Below, in pieces: positions 60,966-64,000 of a stretch of DNA of 64,000 bases. Position 1 is the stretch's first letter; every line of letters starts with the position of its first letter. The stretch comes from Sphyrna mokarran (taxonomy: Eukaryota). The position numbers and the translations under genes were made by a program. The notes under the pieces are model-generated. The model made no database searches and was not told the origin of the DNA. It saw only the letters and a program-made list of their open reading frames with translations. The DNA lies in NCBI GenBank assembly GCA_024679065.1, contig JAGIQG010000018.1, forward strand, positions 9,486,001-9,550,000. Direction: 5' to 3'.

Positions 60966-63904
60966 GTTCAAGTTATGGACCCTTCATTGTATATGAGAGG
61001 GAGAATGTTATAGCAAAAGAAACAGCAACAAAAAGTAAAACTTTGAGAAATCTATGTTTTTAAGGAATCTATATTTATATTTTTGAGTATTTAAGGTATA
61101 AATTGAAGCTTAATTTGTGTTTCTATAGTTGTGAGCTACAGATGTTATAGTAAGCAGCTATGGTAGAAGAATCACTCCAGACGTCTTCAGATTCAAAGCT
61201 GTTTTTTTGTAAGACATTTCCTCAGTGCTACAAACCGACAGGAAGCACTGAGACCCATGTGTTCCAGCTGTCTATAGTGCAATCAATGTCATATGTTTAA
61301 CCAGCAATTCTCTTAATTGCCAAACACTCTGATGATTGGAATTTTGATTGTGAAAGAATTAAAGATTTAGGTGGATTCGTGTTAAACAAAGCTCTTACAC
61401 ATATAGGGGTTTTGATTTCATTTTGAACTGCGTTGTGATTGGAGAGTTTTCGACATGAAAACCAACAAGTGTTAAATGAGGATTGGGCTGTTGCTTAGCA
61501 ACTAAGGGGTAACATTTTAAATTTAGTTCAAAGCCAGACCCAGAAGCTGTTGGAACCAAGTACCAGAAAAGAAGCAGCTCTCACAGAAACTGTCAGCAGA
61601 GGGGCAGGTTAGTGGAGTAAAAAGCAGAAAGCAAGTCTCAGAAGCTAAAGAATAGATTATTCTCGAAACCAGGAAATGATTTAGAATCTGGAATTATAAA
61701 GCTAGTTATCTGTACTGGTGACCCTGGCTCAAGGTTTGGAATGTAGCAGAGCAGCTATCTCACTGCAATCTAGTTAATTTTAACTAGTACAGTTTAATCC
61801 ATCCATTTTTAGGATTTTGGCATTTTTAATAAAGCCAACATTTATTGGCTATTCCTGGTTACCCTTGCAAAGATGGTGATGGGCCTTATGTTTTGAAGTG
61901 CTAAAGTTTGTGAGAGAGGTTTAACATTCCCAGAGAGAGAGAGAGATGGATGTGTAATAATTGGTTGCTACCAACACCCACGGCCCCTAGACGAATATTA
62001 AAGAAGATTGTGATAATTGCTTGCCTGGTGACAAGCTATCTCACTTACTAACATATGATTATGGTATGATTCACAGGAAATTTAATATTTCACTTGGAAC
62101 ATGAATAAGAAATATTCAGAAGGAACTTGGATCATTAGAGTGAGCTGGTACCAATGAAGCTACCTGCTAGCATGAATATTTTGGAAGAAAAACAAAGATT
62201 TTGCCAGCTATTTGTGTGAATGGCTGTACTCTATTCATATGTAAATGGAAAATACATATTTTTTACATTTAATAGTCATAAAATCATAGAACCCTACAGT
62301 GCAGAAAGAGATCCTTTGGCCCATCAAGTCTGTACTGACCACAATCCTACCCCCATATCCCTACACATTTTACCCACTAATCTCTCTAACCTATGCATCT
62401 GAGGGCACTAAGGGGCATTTTTTTAGCACGGCCAATCAACCTAACCCGCACGTCTTTGGATTGTGGGAGGAAACTCGTGCAGACAGGAGGAGAACATGCA
62501 AACTCCACACAGTGACCTGAGCCAGGAATCGAACCCAGGTCTCTGGAGCTGTGAAGCAGCAGTGCTTGCTACTGTGCCACCCTAATAATTAAGAAAGTTG
62601 CACAAACTCAGGCTAACTTGAAATTAAGTTGAAGCTCCTCATAATTGTTTTATTTAGGAGGTTGATAGCGAACAGAGTAGTGTCCCTGCCTCTGAATCAG
62701 AAGCTCTGGGTTCGAGTCCCACCACAGGCCGAGATGGCGAAGGAAGGTGCCTTCATAACGCGGTCAAACAGTATCAACCTGTAAAATCCTTCCAAATATT
62801 GCAAGTGGCTGGCGGGGAGAGCGGGAGAGACTCCTGGTCAGCCACACTTTAAGTGGAGTGAGTGCCCTCTCAGGCTATAAGCACTCCAGGTGACACACCT
62901 GTTCTGAGATTAATAGCTATGGAAACAGACAAAAGTCTGAATTAGTGCACCACTAGGTGTAGGAAGAGAACTGAAATCAAATTCCTCTTTTTTTAAGTAT
63001 AATTTCTCCGATGACCCTGAATTTTTTTTTAATTTGACTGATTGTTTCCCTTTCTGAAGCTGTCCTCTCTTGATGTTGGTCTGATGGTTGCTTTTTTAAG
63101 CTGTAGATGGAGTGATAAACGTGGGCACTACGCTTTGAAATCTCTTTGGTGCTTTACTCGTTTGTAAGGTCAGTACATTTCAATTTATTTCATCCATTCC
63201 ACTTGACTGCACGCAGTAGCTGGAGGCAGAGTGACTGGTGCTGCAACTCACACAGTCATAAGCACTCCCCATTAAAGGTGCAAAGTGGTAGTGCACTGAT
63301 ACGTCTGTGGTGCCGGATTTAGGCCCTGGCCTCGTTGGAGGCTGGGTTCAAATCTCGCCACTGTCAAAATTAGCGAGGGTACAGTGGCACCGTGTTCAGC
63401 GCTGCTGCCTCACAGTATTCAATACCTGGGTCTGATTCTAACCTTGGGTCACTGTCTGAGTGGAGTTTGCAAGTTTTCCCTGTGTCTGTGTGTGTTTCCT
63501 CTGGGTGCTAAAGTGTTCAGGTTAGATGGATTGGCTATGCTAAATGGCCCCTTGGGGTTCAAAGATGTGTAAGTGAGATGGATAAGGCATGGGAAATGCA
63601 CAGGGTCGTGGGGGAAGGATATGAGGTGGGCCTAGCTGGAATGCTGTTTGGGAGAGTTGGTGCAGGCTCAATGGGCCAAATGGCCGCCTCCTTTTACACA
63701 GTAGGGGTTCTAGGTATTTTAAAGTATTTAATGGCTTACATTTTGAAGCCCAGTAAAACTGAGGACTGAAAACATAACAGGGATGGTTTTCTCATTCACT
63801 TGGGCCAGCCTTTGACTAGGTTCAGTGGGTGCTCTGAAAGTTGAGGTAGTCCCAAGATGACACAACTGGTTATAAACCCATATCACCCCTCACTGCTGCT
63901 ACTG

Positions 63905-64000
63905 GGTTTAGCTCAGTTGGCTGGTCGGCTGGTTCAGGATGTGGAGCGATGCCATCAGTGTGGGTTCAATTCCCGTACTGAAGGCCCGCCTTCTCAACCT
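63905..64000 (+). mobile_element. tRNA-headed SINE of another family (truncated by the window edge)
   Basis: A-box tagctcagttgg and B-box gggttcaattccc; related copy at 31860-32012 (-). Confidence 0.65.

Noticed and set aside
63905-63975. tRNA gene
   Set aside because: A and B boxes are present but there is no cloverleaf; it matches a dispersed SINE head also seen near 31950-32012.

Overview
Eukaryotic, intron-rich vertebrate DNA. The dense HE1/V-type SINEs and CR1, Rex1 and Penelope-like fragments point to a cartilaginous fish (shark). Spliced genes reconstructed by hand: the last two coding exons of RPS2 (+); complete NDUFB10 (-, 4 exons, 174 aa); complete RPL3L (+, 10 exons, 407 aa), head-to-head with NDUFB10; and the last two coding exons of a TEX2-like SMP-domain gene (-), convergent with RPL3L. 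Most ORFs in the supplied track are repeat-derived or spurious. The main observations worth follow-up are: (1) 100-150 bp inserts with minimal hammerhead-ribozyme cores and 13-15 bp target-site duplications; (2) a CR1 family whose 3'UTR contains a SINE core, plus a SINE that has captured part of that 3'UTR; (3) a possible in-frame alternative first exon for RPL3L at the NDUFB10 promoter; (4) a decayed SNORA64/10-like snoRNA in an RPS2 intron; (5) a head-to-tail stack of L1/Tx1-like 3' ends; (6) an inverted duplication and several SINE-born minisatellites. Family names come from recalled consensus similarity; no database search was run.
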